Positions 30,936-39,646 of a stretch of DNA of 64,000 nucleotides are shown in pieces. How positions within the stretch are numbered: position 1 is the first letter of the stretch; each line of letters starts with the position of its first letter. The notes beneath the pieces were generated by a model. That model was not told where the DNA came from and did no database searches. It worked only from the letters and a program-made list of their open reading frames with translations. The position numbers and the translations under genes are program-made. The stretch comes from Candidatus Hydrogenedentota bacterium. Lineage in GTDB: Bacteria > Hydrogenedentota > Hydrogenedentia > Hydrogenedentales > SLHB01. The stretch is taken from assembly GCA_045863335.1 (NCBI GenBank), contig BTVY01000010.1:14255-78254 (forward strand), in the 5' to 3' direction.

Positions 30936-31352
30936 TTACTTGGCAGTCGCCTTTCGTGCATCCACGCTGAATGCGCCGGGGCCATGAGCGACGATCTGCA
31001 GCAGGCCACCCATGATGGCCAGATTCTTCATGAAGTTGATGGTCTGCATGCGAACCTGATCCGGTTCCACCGACCAGAAGGCGTGGAAGATGAGCGTTGC
31101 CGGGATGAGAAACACAATCAACGCCATCGCGCCCCAGCGCGACTTGAAGCCAGTCAGCACGGACAGACCGCCCACGAGTTCAAAGAGGATTGCCATGACA
31201 AGCAGGAATCCCGCGGCGGGCATCCCGTGGGAGGCCATGTAGCCGGTGGTGCCGGAGAAATCCGTGATCTTGCCAAAGCCGCTCATGAGAAAGATGGCGC
31301 TCAGCAGAATGCGTCCGGGCAGCGGCGCGTATCGGTTCAGTGCAGTGTCCAT
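30936..31352 (-). CDS. DoxX family membrane protein
   Basis: GRILLSAIFLMSG..KI, ELVGG, FHAFW, FMKNLAIMGGLL, GPGAFSVD. Confidence 0.92.
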   Translation of the reverse strand: MDTALNRYAPLPGRILLSAIFLMSGFGKITDFSGTTGYMASHGMPAAGFLLVMAILFELVGGLSVLTGFKSRWGAMALIVFLIPATLIFHAFWSVEPDQVRMQTINFMKNLAIMGGLLQIVAHGPGAFSVDARKATAK

Positions 31353-31400
31353 ACGTTCCTCCTTTGTCTCCGCGGGACGGCCCGCGTCCAGGTTCAATTA

Positions 31401-31411
31401 GTTGTTTCAAC
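31401..31411. promoter_or_regulatory. Candidate MarR operator GTTG-N3-CAAC upstream of doxX
   Basis: GTTGTTTCAAC; same motif as 31993-32003. Confidence 0.5.
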
Positions 31412-31495
31412 AGGTATCGCCTTGCAGAAAAATCGGGACGGCTCCCGCTTACTGGTCAAATGGGCGAGCGCAGCAAAGGAAAAGGGAAACTTCCC

Positions 31496-31975
31496 CTATT
31501 TTTCACTTAGGTGCGGCTCACGTGCTTTGACCATGAGGCGGCTGATGGTGGCCAGTTCAGTCGCGCTCATGTGGCCCAGCAGTTTCCGGTGCATCTCCCG
31601 AACCGGGCCGTCCAAGGTGGCCAAGGTGTCCAGGCCCGCCGGCGTGATGTGGACATAGATGACGCGCCGGTCTACCTTGCAACGTTCCCGCCGGGCCAGT
31701 TTCAGCTTTTCCAACCGATCGATCAGCCGGGTCATGTCGGGCTCCCGGGCGACCATCCGGTCACCGATATCGTGCACCCGCGCGCCATGGTCGCCCGCGC
31801 CGCGCAGGATGCGGAGAATGTTGTAGAGCGGCGCGGAAAGGTTCTGCTCTTTCAGAAGCGCCGACGAGATCCCGGTAAGGACGCTGTGCGTGCGCATGAT
31901 ATTGAGCATCGCCTCGTCTTCAGGGCCCGCAAAGGCTTTGCGTTGTTTGATTTCGGTTTGCAGTGCCGAAGTCAT
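31496..31975 (-). CDS. MarR family transcriptional regulator
   Basis: YNILRILRG, PDMTRLIDRLE, DRRVIYVHITPAG; GAGG RBS before ATG 31975. Confidence 0.92.
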   Translation of the reverse strand: MTSALQTEIKQRKAFAGPEDEAMLNIMRTHSVLTGISSALLKEQNLSAPLYNILRILRGAGDHGARVHDIGDRMVAREPDMTRLIDRLEKLKLARRERCKVDRRVIYVHITPAGLDTLATLDGPVREMHRKLLGHMSATELATISRLMVKAREPHLSEK

Positions 31976-31992
31976 GATGTCCTCGCTTTCCG

Positions 31993-32035
31993 GTTGACTC
32001 AACGCAATTATACCGTAAAACAGATAATGTGTCAA
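31993..32035 (-). promoter_or_regulatory. Consensus sigma70 promoter of marR with candidate autoregulatory operator at +1
   Basis: Minus strand TTGACA (32035-32030), 17 bp, TATAAT (32012-32007), then GTTGAGTCAAC palindrome (32003-31993). Confidence 0.8.
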
Positions 32036-32200
32036 CATGTATGTGTTGCCGCGTTCCAACTCCCCCCCGAGCCGGGCCGTGGACTGGGATTGGACCCGCG
32101 TGATCTGGCAAGGTACGGTGGAATCCCCGCCAAAACGGGGATCGCATACGTCTCGTGCCCGTAAAGTCCTTTCCAGGCAGAAAAAGCAAGGACATAGAAA

Positions 32201-33223
32201 ATGCCGTTGAAGATTGCCTTTGCCGGATTTCGTCACGGCCATATCATGGCCTTGTACCGGTTGTTACTGGACCGTAGCGACGCCACCATCGTGGCGGCGT
32301 GCGAAGAGGACACAGAAGCGGCGGAGGCCGCCATGGACCAGGGGGTCCGCATCACACACCGCCGCTTCGCAAAAATGTTGTCCACGGTCGAGTGCGACGT
32401 CATCGCCTGCGGCGACTACTTCGCCATCCGCGGAGAGCGGCTCATCGCCGCGCTGGAGGCGGGCAAGCACGTCATCGGCGACAAACCGCTGTGCACGCGC
32501 CTCACCGAACTGGACCGGATTCAGGAACTGGCCCACAGCAAACACTTGAAGGTCGGTTGTCTGTTGGATCTGCCGAACCTGGGCCCCTACATCACCCTGC
32601 GCAACATGATTCAGAACGGCGCCGTCGGCGAAGTGCACACGATCACGTTCCTGGGCATCCATCCCCTCAACTACGCCAAACGGCCCAAGTGGTATTTTGA
32701 ACCCGGCAAGCACGGCGGCACGGTCAACGACATCGGCATCCACGCCGTCGACATTATTCCGTGGTTAACTGGGCGAAGCATAACCGGCATTACCGCAGCG
32801 CGAGGCTGGAACGCGCGGTTGCCTCAACACCCTGAATTTCAAGATGGCGGCACGTTGATGCTCCGGCTGGACAATGACGGGTGCGCTCTGGGCGACGTTT
32901 CCTATTTGAGCGCCGATACGACGGGGTACAAGAATCCCGCGTACTGGCGGTTCACCATAACCGGCTCTGCGGGACTCATCGAGACGGCATGCACGGACAC
33001 GCTCGTACACCTGTACCGCCACGATTCCGAGAAGCCCATCGAAGAACCCATCGCCGAACACGCGACCGGCGGTTTTTTCGAAGATTTCCTGCGCGACGTG
33101 GCAGACGAACCCAACCTGGGCGGACTCCACACGGAGCGGGTGTTGCACAGTTCCAGAGTCACCCTTCTGGCCCAACAGGCAGCGGACACGGGGCAGTTTC
33201 CGGTAGACGTGCCCACAGGCTGA
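32201..33223 (+). CDS. Gfo/Idh/MocA family oxidoreductase
   Basis: IAFAGFRHGH, GKHVIGDKPL, HGGTVNDIGIH. Confidence 0.9.
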   Translation: MPLKIAFAGFRHGHIMALYRLLLDRSDATIVAACEEDTEAAEAAMDQGVRITHRRFAKMLSTVECDVIACGDYFAIRGERLIAALEAGKHVIGDKPLCTRLTELDRIQELAHSKHLKVGCLLDLPNLGPYITLRNMIQNGAVGEVHTITFLGIHPLNYAKRPKWYFEPGKHGGTVNDIGIHAVDIIPWLTGRSITGITAARGWNARLPQHPEFQDGGTLMLRLDNDGCALGDVSYLSADTTGYKNPAYWRFTITGSAGLIETACTDTLVHLYRHDSEKPIEEPIAEHATGGFFEDFLRDVADEPNLGGLHTERVLHSSRVTLLAQQAADTGQFPVDVPTG

Positions 33224-33338
33224 CCGCGAGACCGTCCTTCCTGACTCTCCCGTATCGCTCTCACCACCTTCGCTGAAACGCGGCCTGCCCCTGTAGTATA
33301 CTTGGCCCTTTCGAGTGGTCGAGGGAGTATTCCGGAAA

Positions 33339-34055
33339 ATGAAGACACTGGTGTCGGTGGTCGTCCCGTTCTATAACGAAGAGGACAACGTACTCCCATT
33401 GGCAAACAAGGTCGCCGAGGTCTTCGCCGGCCTGCCGGACTACGAGTACGAGTGCCTCTTCGTCAATGACGGGAGCAAGGATGGCACCCGGGCCCGGTTA
33501 GACGGACTCGCGGAGCAGGATGCGCGAATCCGGCCCCTGCACCTGGTGGAAAACCGGGGCCAGTCGGCCGCCTTGGTGGCCGGGATGCGGCGCGCGAAGG
33601 GCGAGTTCATCCTGACGTTGGACGGCGATCTGCAGAACGATCCCTGCGATTTCCCGAAGATGCTGGAGTTGTTGAAAGACTTCGACTGCGTGTGTGGCTA
33701 TCGGGCGAATCGCCAGGACACGTGGGTCCGCAAGATATCCAGCAGAATCGGAAACGGCGTGCGGCGGATGATTCTGGACGACGGCATCCGCGACGCAGGC
33801 TGCGGCAGCAAGGGTTTCCGGCGCGCCTGCGTGGAGCACATCATCCCGTTCAACGGCGTCCACCGGTATTTTGCCGTGATGGTGCGGAACGGCGGGCTGA
33901 CGCTGACCGAATGCCCAGTCACGCATCATCCCCGCGTGCATGGCATTTCGAAGTATGGCATTCACAACCGCCTGTGGCGCGGTATCTACGACCTCATCGG
34001 CGTGGGCTGGCTGCGCCGGCGTTATGTAACCTTCCGTGTGGAAGGAGAGGACTGA
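33339..34055 (+). CDS. GT2 polyprenyl-phosphate glycosyltransferase (ArnC/DPM-like)
   Basis: SVVVPFYNEE, VNDGSKDGT, GQSAA, DGDLQNDP, DAGC, HHPR..G.SKY. Confidence 0.9.
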   Translation: MKTLVSVVVPFYNEEDNVLPLANKVAEVFAGLPDYEYECLFVNDGSKDGTRARLDGLAEQDARIRPLHLVENRGQSAALVAGMRRAKGEFILTLDGDLQNDPCDFPKMLELLKDFDCVCGYRANRQDTWVRKISSRIGNGVRRMILDDGIRDAGCGSKGFRRACVEHIIPFNGVHRYFAVMVRNGGLTLTECPVTHHPRVHGISKYGIHNRLWRGIYDLIGVGWLRRRYVTFRVEGED

Positions 34056-34760
34056 GTGAGCGCGTATCTATCCGACCCCGTCCTGTTGTTCTGGCTGATC
34101 CTGGGGGCGACAGGCGGCGTAATTTTCTACGGGCGTTTTTACGTTCAGTGGTGGGCTTCCGAGCGCCAGAAGCGCAGCGTGATGCCCATCGCCTTCTGGT
34201 ACATGAGCAGCGTGGGCTCGCTCATGCTCTTGGCGTACGCGGTCCACACCCAGTCCCCCGTGGGCGCGCTGGGCCAAAGCCTGAATATCGTCATCTACTC
34301 CCGCAACCTGGTCCATATCTGGCGTGAGAAGGGCAAGCTGACCTCCGCGGCGAATTGGGCGATTCATGGCGCCGTCGCGGTCATCTCAATCGTGGCCCTG
34401 GGCTTGGTGGCCCATATCTGGTTCTCCGAATACCGGCACACGCAGACCGTCGCTGAGAACGAGGCCAATCAGATCTGGTTCTGGCTGGCTATCGGCGTGG
34501 CGGGTCAGGCGCTGTTTGCGTCGCGGTTCATCATTCAATGGATCGCTACCGAAGTGAAGCGGAAGAGCGTGATTCCCCATATTTTCTGGCACATCAGTGT
34601 TGTGGCGAGTGTGCTGCAACTCGCCTGCTTTTGGCAGCGGGGCGAATGGATCTTCGCCCTGGGCATGATTGCGAATATCCTCGTGTACAGCCGCAATCTC
34701 TGGTTCATCTACCGGCATCCGGAGGAGTCGCAGGCCAGCCAAGCCGGAATGGCCCAGTGA
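34056..34760 (+). CDS. Protein with two lipid-A-disaccharide-synthase N-terminal (LAB_N) domains
   Basis: Repeated motif RFYVQWWASE.KRSVMP.AFW and RFIIQWIATE.KRKSVIP.IFW, each followed by YSRNL. Confidence 0.85.
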   Translation: MSAYLSDPVLLFWLILGATGGVIFYGRFYVQWWASERQKRSVMPIAFWYMSSVGSLMLLAYAVHTQSPVGALGQSLNIVIYSRNLVHIWREKGKLTSAANWAIHGAVAVISIVALGLVAHIWFSEYRHTQTVAENEANQIWFWLAIGVAGQALFASRFIIQWIATEVKRKSVIPHIFWHISVVASVLQLACFWQRGEWIFALGMIANILVYSRNLWFIYRHPEESQASQAGMAQ

Positions 34761-36733
34761 TGCTCAAGCACGTCCCACTGATCTTCGTACTCCTCTGCGG
34801 AGCGGTCCTCTTCGGTATCAACGTCTGGGGCTACAACCTATGGGCGCCCGATGAACCCCGCTTCGCTCAAGTCGCCCGAGAAATCCTCGACACGGGCGAC
34901 TGGATCGTCATGCACGTGAACGGCGAGCCCTACTACGAAAAGCCGCCGCTCATGTTTTGGACCATCGCGCTTTTCTCCCTGCCCTTTGGCGACGTAACGG
35001 AATTGACCGCGCGCATGCCGTCCATCCTCGGCGCCCTGGCGACGCTCTTGCTGACCTTCCTGCTGGCGGAGCGCATGTACGGGAAACGCGTGGCCTTCGC
35101 CTCGTCCGTCGTCTTGATGACCATGGCCCTGTTCTGGTGGCAGGCACGGACCGCCCAGATCGACATGTACCTAACCGCGTGGACCACGCTCACCCTGTTT
35201 GCCTTCTGGCGGCATTTCGAATCACGGGACACGAAATGGCTCATCGTCATGTACGGGGCCATCGCCGCGGCCGTATTTGCGAAGGGTCCGCCGGGAGTGG
35301 TGTTTCCGTTGTTGCTGGCCTTCACCTTCTACTGGCGCAAACGGGCGGAGCGGCGCTCTCTGCATCTGGTCGTCGGCATTGTCGCGGTGGCCATAGTCGT
35401 TGGCATCTGGCTAATCCCCGCATACTCCATGGCAGGCGGAGAAGAGACGCGGCCCCACATGACCGAAGAAACCTCCGTCGGCATGATCGCGCAAAACCTC
35501 TACCGGCAGACCATCGGCCGATTCGTGTTGGGCGTCAGCAAAAAGCAGCCGCCCTGGTACTATCTCGAAAACCTGCCGGTGAACGTCTTCCCGTGGACCC
35601 TGTTTCTGCCTTGGATGCTCTACGCCGTATGGAAACGGCGCCATGAAGGTCCGGCCATGCGGCTGCTCTTGTGCTGGACGCTGCCGGCCATTCTGTTCTT
35701 CTCCATCAGCTCGGGAAAACGCGCCCTGTATCTCCTGCCCATTTTCCCGGCTATCGCCATCCTGTTCGGAACGACGCTGGTTGAACTCATGGACAGCGAT
35801 CGGGAGAAGTGGCGGCGGCGCACCGGCTATGTCTGGGCGGCCATTATGCTTTTACTCGGTCTGCCCGCGGTTCCGCTTGGCTATATGGCCGCAACTGGAA
35901 ACCTGGATCGGTTCGACGCATTCCTCCAGTCGCAGGATTTGCCCATGGCGATTACGGACCATGGCCTGACGGTTATCCTGACCATTCTGCCGCTGTGCGT
36001 GTGTGCGCTCTTCTTCTTCGTCCACGCGATCGTCAGCTCCCGGCGCATGGAAGGGCGCATGCTTCCTTACGCCATGGCGGGCCACTTCGCAGGGCTCGCC
36101 GCGGTGCTTGCCGTCATCGTTTTTCCGTTCATCAATACCTTCAAAGGGGCTGAGAAATTCTGCGCACCGGTTCGGATGCTCGCGGAGCAGGGCGAGGATT
36201 TCCGGTTGTACTCGGTTGCCTTCTCCCGCGAGACCTACGTTTTCTACTCCAAACATCACCATATCCCCTTCCTGGTAGACGAGTGGCCCTTGCCCGTTCC
36301 CGAAGGCCGGAATCCCGACGAAATCGCGATGCAACAGCGCGCAATGGGGGGCGTCCTTCGCGGCGCGACCCAGGACGTTCCCATCGCCGACATATCCTCG
36401 GTAACCGACGAGGAATTGGAAGCGTTGCGAGGGGCGTCCGAAGCCGCGTTTGCTTTTGCCTCGACCAAGTCGGACCTCGTGGAACCGTTTCGAGTGGCGG
36501 TCACGGAAGGGGTTCAGGACTTTCATGCGGACTTTGAGGGTGGTACGCCCGCTTTCATGTATGTGCAAACCCAGGATTGGCGGTGGCTTCTGACGTTTGC
36601 GCCGGCCCTGCGCGAGTTGCCCATCGTAGGACATGAAGCGGTTGGGAGCCGTCAAGTTCTGCTCGTGGCAAACCAGGCGGGGGCGAGACTACTCCCGCCC
36701 GAATCCAGTAACGCTCATCGGCCCGGCGGGTAA
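34760..36733 (+). CDS. ArnT/PMT-family (GT-C) polyprenyl-phosphate-sugar transferase
   Basis: DEPRFAQVARE, EKPPLMFW, ARMPS, AKGP, PWYYL, FPWT, GKRALYLLP; ATG overlaps upstream TGA. Confidence 0.9.
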   Translation: MLKHVPLIFVLLCGAVLFGINVWGYNLWAPDEPRFAQVAREILDTGDWIVMHVNGEPYYEKPPLMFWTIALFSLPFGDVTELTARMPSILGALATLLLTFLLAERMYGKRVAFASSVVLMTMALFWWQARTAQIDMYLTAWTTLTLFAFWRHFESRDTKWLIVMYGAIAAAVFAKGPPGVVFPLLLAFTFYWRKRAERRSLHLVVGIVAVAIVVGIWLIPAYSMAGGEETRPHMTEETSVGMIAQNLYRQTIGRFVLGVSKKQPPWYYLENLPVNVFPWTLFLPWMLYAVWKRRHEGPAMRLLLCWTLPAILFFSISSGKRALYLLPIFPAIAILFGTTLVELMDSDREKWRRRTGYVWAAIMLLLGLPAVPLGYMAATGNLDRFDAFLQSQDLPMAITDHGLTVILTILPLCVCALFFFVHAIVSSRRMEGRMLPYAMAGHFAGLAAVLAVIVFPFINTFKGAEKFCAPVRMLAEQGEDFRLYSVAFSRETYVFYSKHHHIPFLVDEWPLPVPEGRNPDEIAMQQRAMGGVLRGATQDVPIADISSVTDEELEALRGASEAAFAFASTKSDLVEPFRVAVTEGVQDFHADFEGGTPAFMYVQTQDWRWLLTFAPALRELPIVGHEAVGSRQVLLVANQAGARLLPPESSNAHRPGG

Positions 36734-36872
36734 TGTATGGCAGGCAGGGTTATCCACCGATTGGACCAGCCATCGGCATCAGGGGTTTCGCCAAATCGGC
36801 TATTGCCAACCATAGATAGTGTTTGCCGACATTTGGAAGTTGCACATCTAGCGGATGGCCGGGCGGGAATAC

Positions 36873-36902
36873 TTGACAAACCGAAACAAGATTGAGTAGC
36901 AT
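36873..36902 (+). promoter_or_regulatory. sigma70-like promoter of the small ORF at 36956
   Basis: TTGACA (36873-36878), 18 bp, TAGCAT (36897-36902). Confidence 0.6.
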
Positions 36903-36955
36903 AACGAAAGCGTTGGGTCGCTGATCGTACATCTATTGAGAAGGAGGAACTGGAC

Positions 36956-37099
36956 ATGCCGAATTTTGACGCCATTTTTCAGAACTTGCTGGGATCGTTT
37001 GCTGACGCGTTGATTGTCAACCTCGGTGAGCTCGGCTATGCCGTGCTGCTGTGGCTCATCAATCTGCTGCTTCTGGTTGACGTTCCGACGCCGATCTAA
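36956..37099 (+). CDS. Unannotated 47-aa hydrophobic small protein
   Basis: Manually translated MPNFDAIFQNLLGSFADALIVNLGELGYAVLLWLINLLLLVDVPTPI*; AAGGAGG RBS; own promoter and terminator. Confidence 0.75.
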   Translation: MPNFDAIFQNLLGSFADALIVNLGELGYAVLLWLINLLLLVDVPTPI

Positions 37100-37132
37100 G
37101 CCTCAACAGAAACTACGCAGATTCAGATTTTG

Positions 37133-37172
37133 CCGCTGCCCGTGTGCCTTGTGTGCGCGGGCAGCGGTTTTT
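37133..37172 (+). terminator. Intrinsic terminator after the small ORF
   Basis: CCGCTGCCCG...CGGGCAGCGG stem followed by TTTTT. Confidence 0.8.
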
Positions 37173-37246
37173 ATGGCACCCCCAGTCTCACGCTAACTCC
37201 TTGCGCCCACTTGCAGTAGCGAATCGAGCCGGGTAGGCTCTTCTTC

Positions 37247-39646
37247 ATGAACAGGCCTCTGGTTTGGGTCGCCACGATGCTCGCTTTGGGTACATGGGCC
37301 GGTGGCGAAGGGTTGATATCCGGGCTTCTCGTCCCGGTGGCAATCTTCCTGTGCGGCCTGATTCCCCCCATAGCGATGCCGCGAAAACCACAGTTTAGGC
37401 TCGTTTCAGTCGTCCTCTGCTCCTTCGCCCTGGGCACGCTACTCTGGAACGTGCGGCATGCAGGTCCGCTGGGCGACCCGGTTTCGCAGTTGGTCGATTC
37501 CATGCCGAACTCCCCCTGGACCATGACGGGCCGAGTCCAGCGCACGGATCTCTTTATTGAGAATGCCTCTTCGCTGCGATTCACGCTCGATGTCGATGAG
37601 GTGGCTGCCGGCGGCCTTACCTACCAAGCAAGGGGGAAAGTTCAAGTACGCTGGCGGGACCCGTCAGGGCCGGTATTCACCGGGCAGCGAGTACAGGTGG
37701 AAGGAACGGCCACCAACCGAATCGGCACCGTTAATCCAGGAATCTACGACGCGGAAGATCATCTCAAATCCGAGGGCACCTTTGCGCAATTGACCGTTCG
37801 GACCCCGGACGGCGTCAAGATCTTGAAGGAGGGGCCGTGGTGGTCGCTACGTTATCAGACCTCGCGTTTTCGCGTCCTGGAAGCCGCATGGTTCAAGGAG
37901 ATTACGCCGCCGCAGTTCCTTCCGGTCGTGTATGCGGTATGGTTGGGAGACCGGTCGCACCTGCCACAGGACGTCTATGCGACGTATCGGCTGTCGGGCA
38001 TCGCGCATATCCTGGCCGTCTCGGGCGTCCACGTAGGGATCATCTTCGCCAGCACCATGTTCGGCCTGCGCCTGTTCATGAGGAGCGGACGCTATCGTGC
38101 GCTGGTCGCCATGGTGACGGTCGTTCTCTTCGCGTTTGTCGCAGGGGCATCGGTGACCAGTCTGCGCGCGGCGCTGATGGTCTGCATCTATCTCGTGGCC
38201 GAGTTGTTCGAACGCGAACCGGACACGCCGACCGCACTGAGCCTCGCGGCAATCTTTTTCCTCGGCTATAACCCGGACGTTCTGTATCACATCGGATTCC
38301 AGCTTTCCTTCGCGAGCGTGGCGTCCATTCTGATCTTCACGTCGCCTATCGAACGTATTCTCGGGCCCCTACCTCTCGTCGTGCGCCAAACCGTCGCGGT
38401 TTCACTTGCCGTGCAGATCCTTCCGGTTCCGCTCTCGGCCTGCTACTTCCACGTGTTGCCAGTTTGCGGCCCATTGATCAATCTCGTTGCGGTTCCGCTG
38501 TTGACCGTTGTGCTTTGGCTGTGCTTTCTATCTGCGCTGACGGCGGGGATCTCGTTCTCCATAGCGACTATCTTCGCCCACGCCCTCGCACCCGCGATTA
38601 CCGTCATCCAAACCGTCGCCGGCTGGGGCGCAGAAGTCCAGCAGTATATGCCCCCAATCACGTCGCCCACCCTCGGCGCGGGCATCATGTATGTCCTGGT
38701 AGTGCTGAGCGCCGTGGGCATTCGCGCCGCCAGCCGCCGTGGATCCTTCGTACATCGAGGCGTCGTCGTGGTGGCATTGATTGGCGTAGTCGTATTCTGG
38801 CGCGACTGGTGGCCGGAGCCATCCGTTGCCTTTCTTGACGTGCGTCAAGGCGACGCCACGGTAATCCTATCGCCAGAAGGAAGAGTAGCCGTGATCGACG
38901 CGGGAAATCGCAACGAATTCGCGGACTACGGCGAACGCGTCGTCGCGCCGTACCTTTGGTCGCACGGCGTTACGCGCATCGATCACTTGTTCCTGACCCA
39001 CGCCGACCGGGACCACATGGGCGGCGCCGTGTACCTGCTCGATGAGTTGGATGTAGGCGAAGTCTTGCTGGGGCCGGTCGCCGGGGACAGCCAGACGGAG
39101 CGAGAGATCATCGAACGCTGTGTAATACACTCGGTCCCCGTCAAACGTGTGACGTCTGGCGAAGTCTTTGACTTGGGCGGAGCGGCGCTTCACGTATTGC
39201 ATCCGCCAGCGGAATGGCCGGGAAACCACGAGGACAACGACCTGAGTGTCGTGATACGACTCGATTGGGATGGCACGCGCGTGCTCCTGCCCGGCGATAT
39301 CGAGGCGGAAGCGGAGGCGTTGGTGGCAAGGTCCGATTGCAGGGCGGACGTGCTGAAAGTCCCCCACCACGGTTCGCGTACGTCGAGCTCGATCGCGTTC
39401 ATCGACGCGGTGGCTCCGCGATTCGCTGTCGTGTCAACAGGAGGACGATACGGGCGAGAGGCCGTTTCATCACAAGTGCTCGACCGCTACGTGCAGCGCG
39501 GCATTACCGTGCTCCGAACCGATGAGTTGGGGGCCGTCGTGCTCAGACTGGATAACGGCTCTCCGCATCTGGTGGGTACGCGACAAGTACGCCCCGCCAA
39601 CCCGGTGCTGAAGCGCGCAGGCACAGCCCTTGGAGATAACCAATGA
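37247..39646 (+). CDS. comEC: DNA internalization competence protein ComEC/Rec2
   Basis: GIAHILAVSGVHV, LRAALM, GFQLSF; MBL domain DVRQGDA, THADRDHMGG, LPGDIE, KVPHHGS. Confidence 0.95.
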   Translation: MNRPLVWVATMLALGTWAGGEGLISGLLVPVAIFLCGLIPPIAMPRKPQFRLVSVVLCSFALGTLLWNVRHAGPLGDPVSQLVDSMPNSPWTMTGRVQRTDLFIENASSLRFTLDVDEVAAGGLTYQARGKVQVRWRDPSGPVFTGQRVQVEGTATNRIGTVNPGIYDAEDHLKSEGTFAQLTVRTPDGVKILKEGPWWSLRYQTSRFRVLEAAWFKEITPPQFLPVVYAVWLGDRSHLPQDVYATYRLSGIAHILAVSGVHVGIIFASTMFGLRLFMRSGRYRALVAMVTVVLFAFVAGASVTSLRAALMVCIYLVAELFEREPDTPTALSLAAIFFLGYNPDVLYHIGFQLSFASVASILIFTSPIERILGPLPLVVRQTVAVSLAVQILPVPLSACYFHVLPVCGPLINLVAVPLLTVVLWLCFLSALTAGISFSIATIFAHALAPAITVIQTVAGWGAEVQQYMPPITSPTLGAGIMYVLVVLSAVGIRAASRRGSFVHRGVVVVALIGVVVFWRDWWPEPSVAFLDVRQGDATVILSPEGRVAVIDAGNRNEFADYGERVVAPYLWSHGVTRIDHLFLTHADRDHMGGAVYLLDELDVGEVLLGPVAGDSQTEREIIERCVIHSVPVKRVTSGEVFDLGGAALHVLHPPAEWPGNHEDNDLSVVIRLDWDGTRVLLPGDIEAEAEALVARSDCRADVLKVPHHGSRTSSSIAFIDAVAPRFAVVSTGGRYGREAVSSQVLDRYVQRGITVLRTDELGAVVLRLDNGSPHLVGTRQVRPANPVLKRAGTALGDNQ

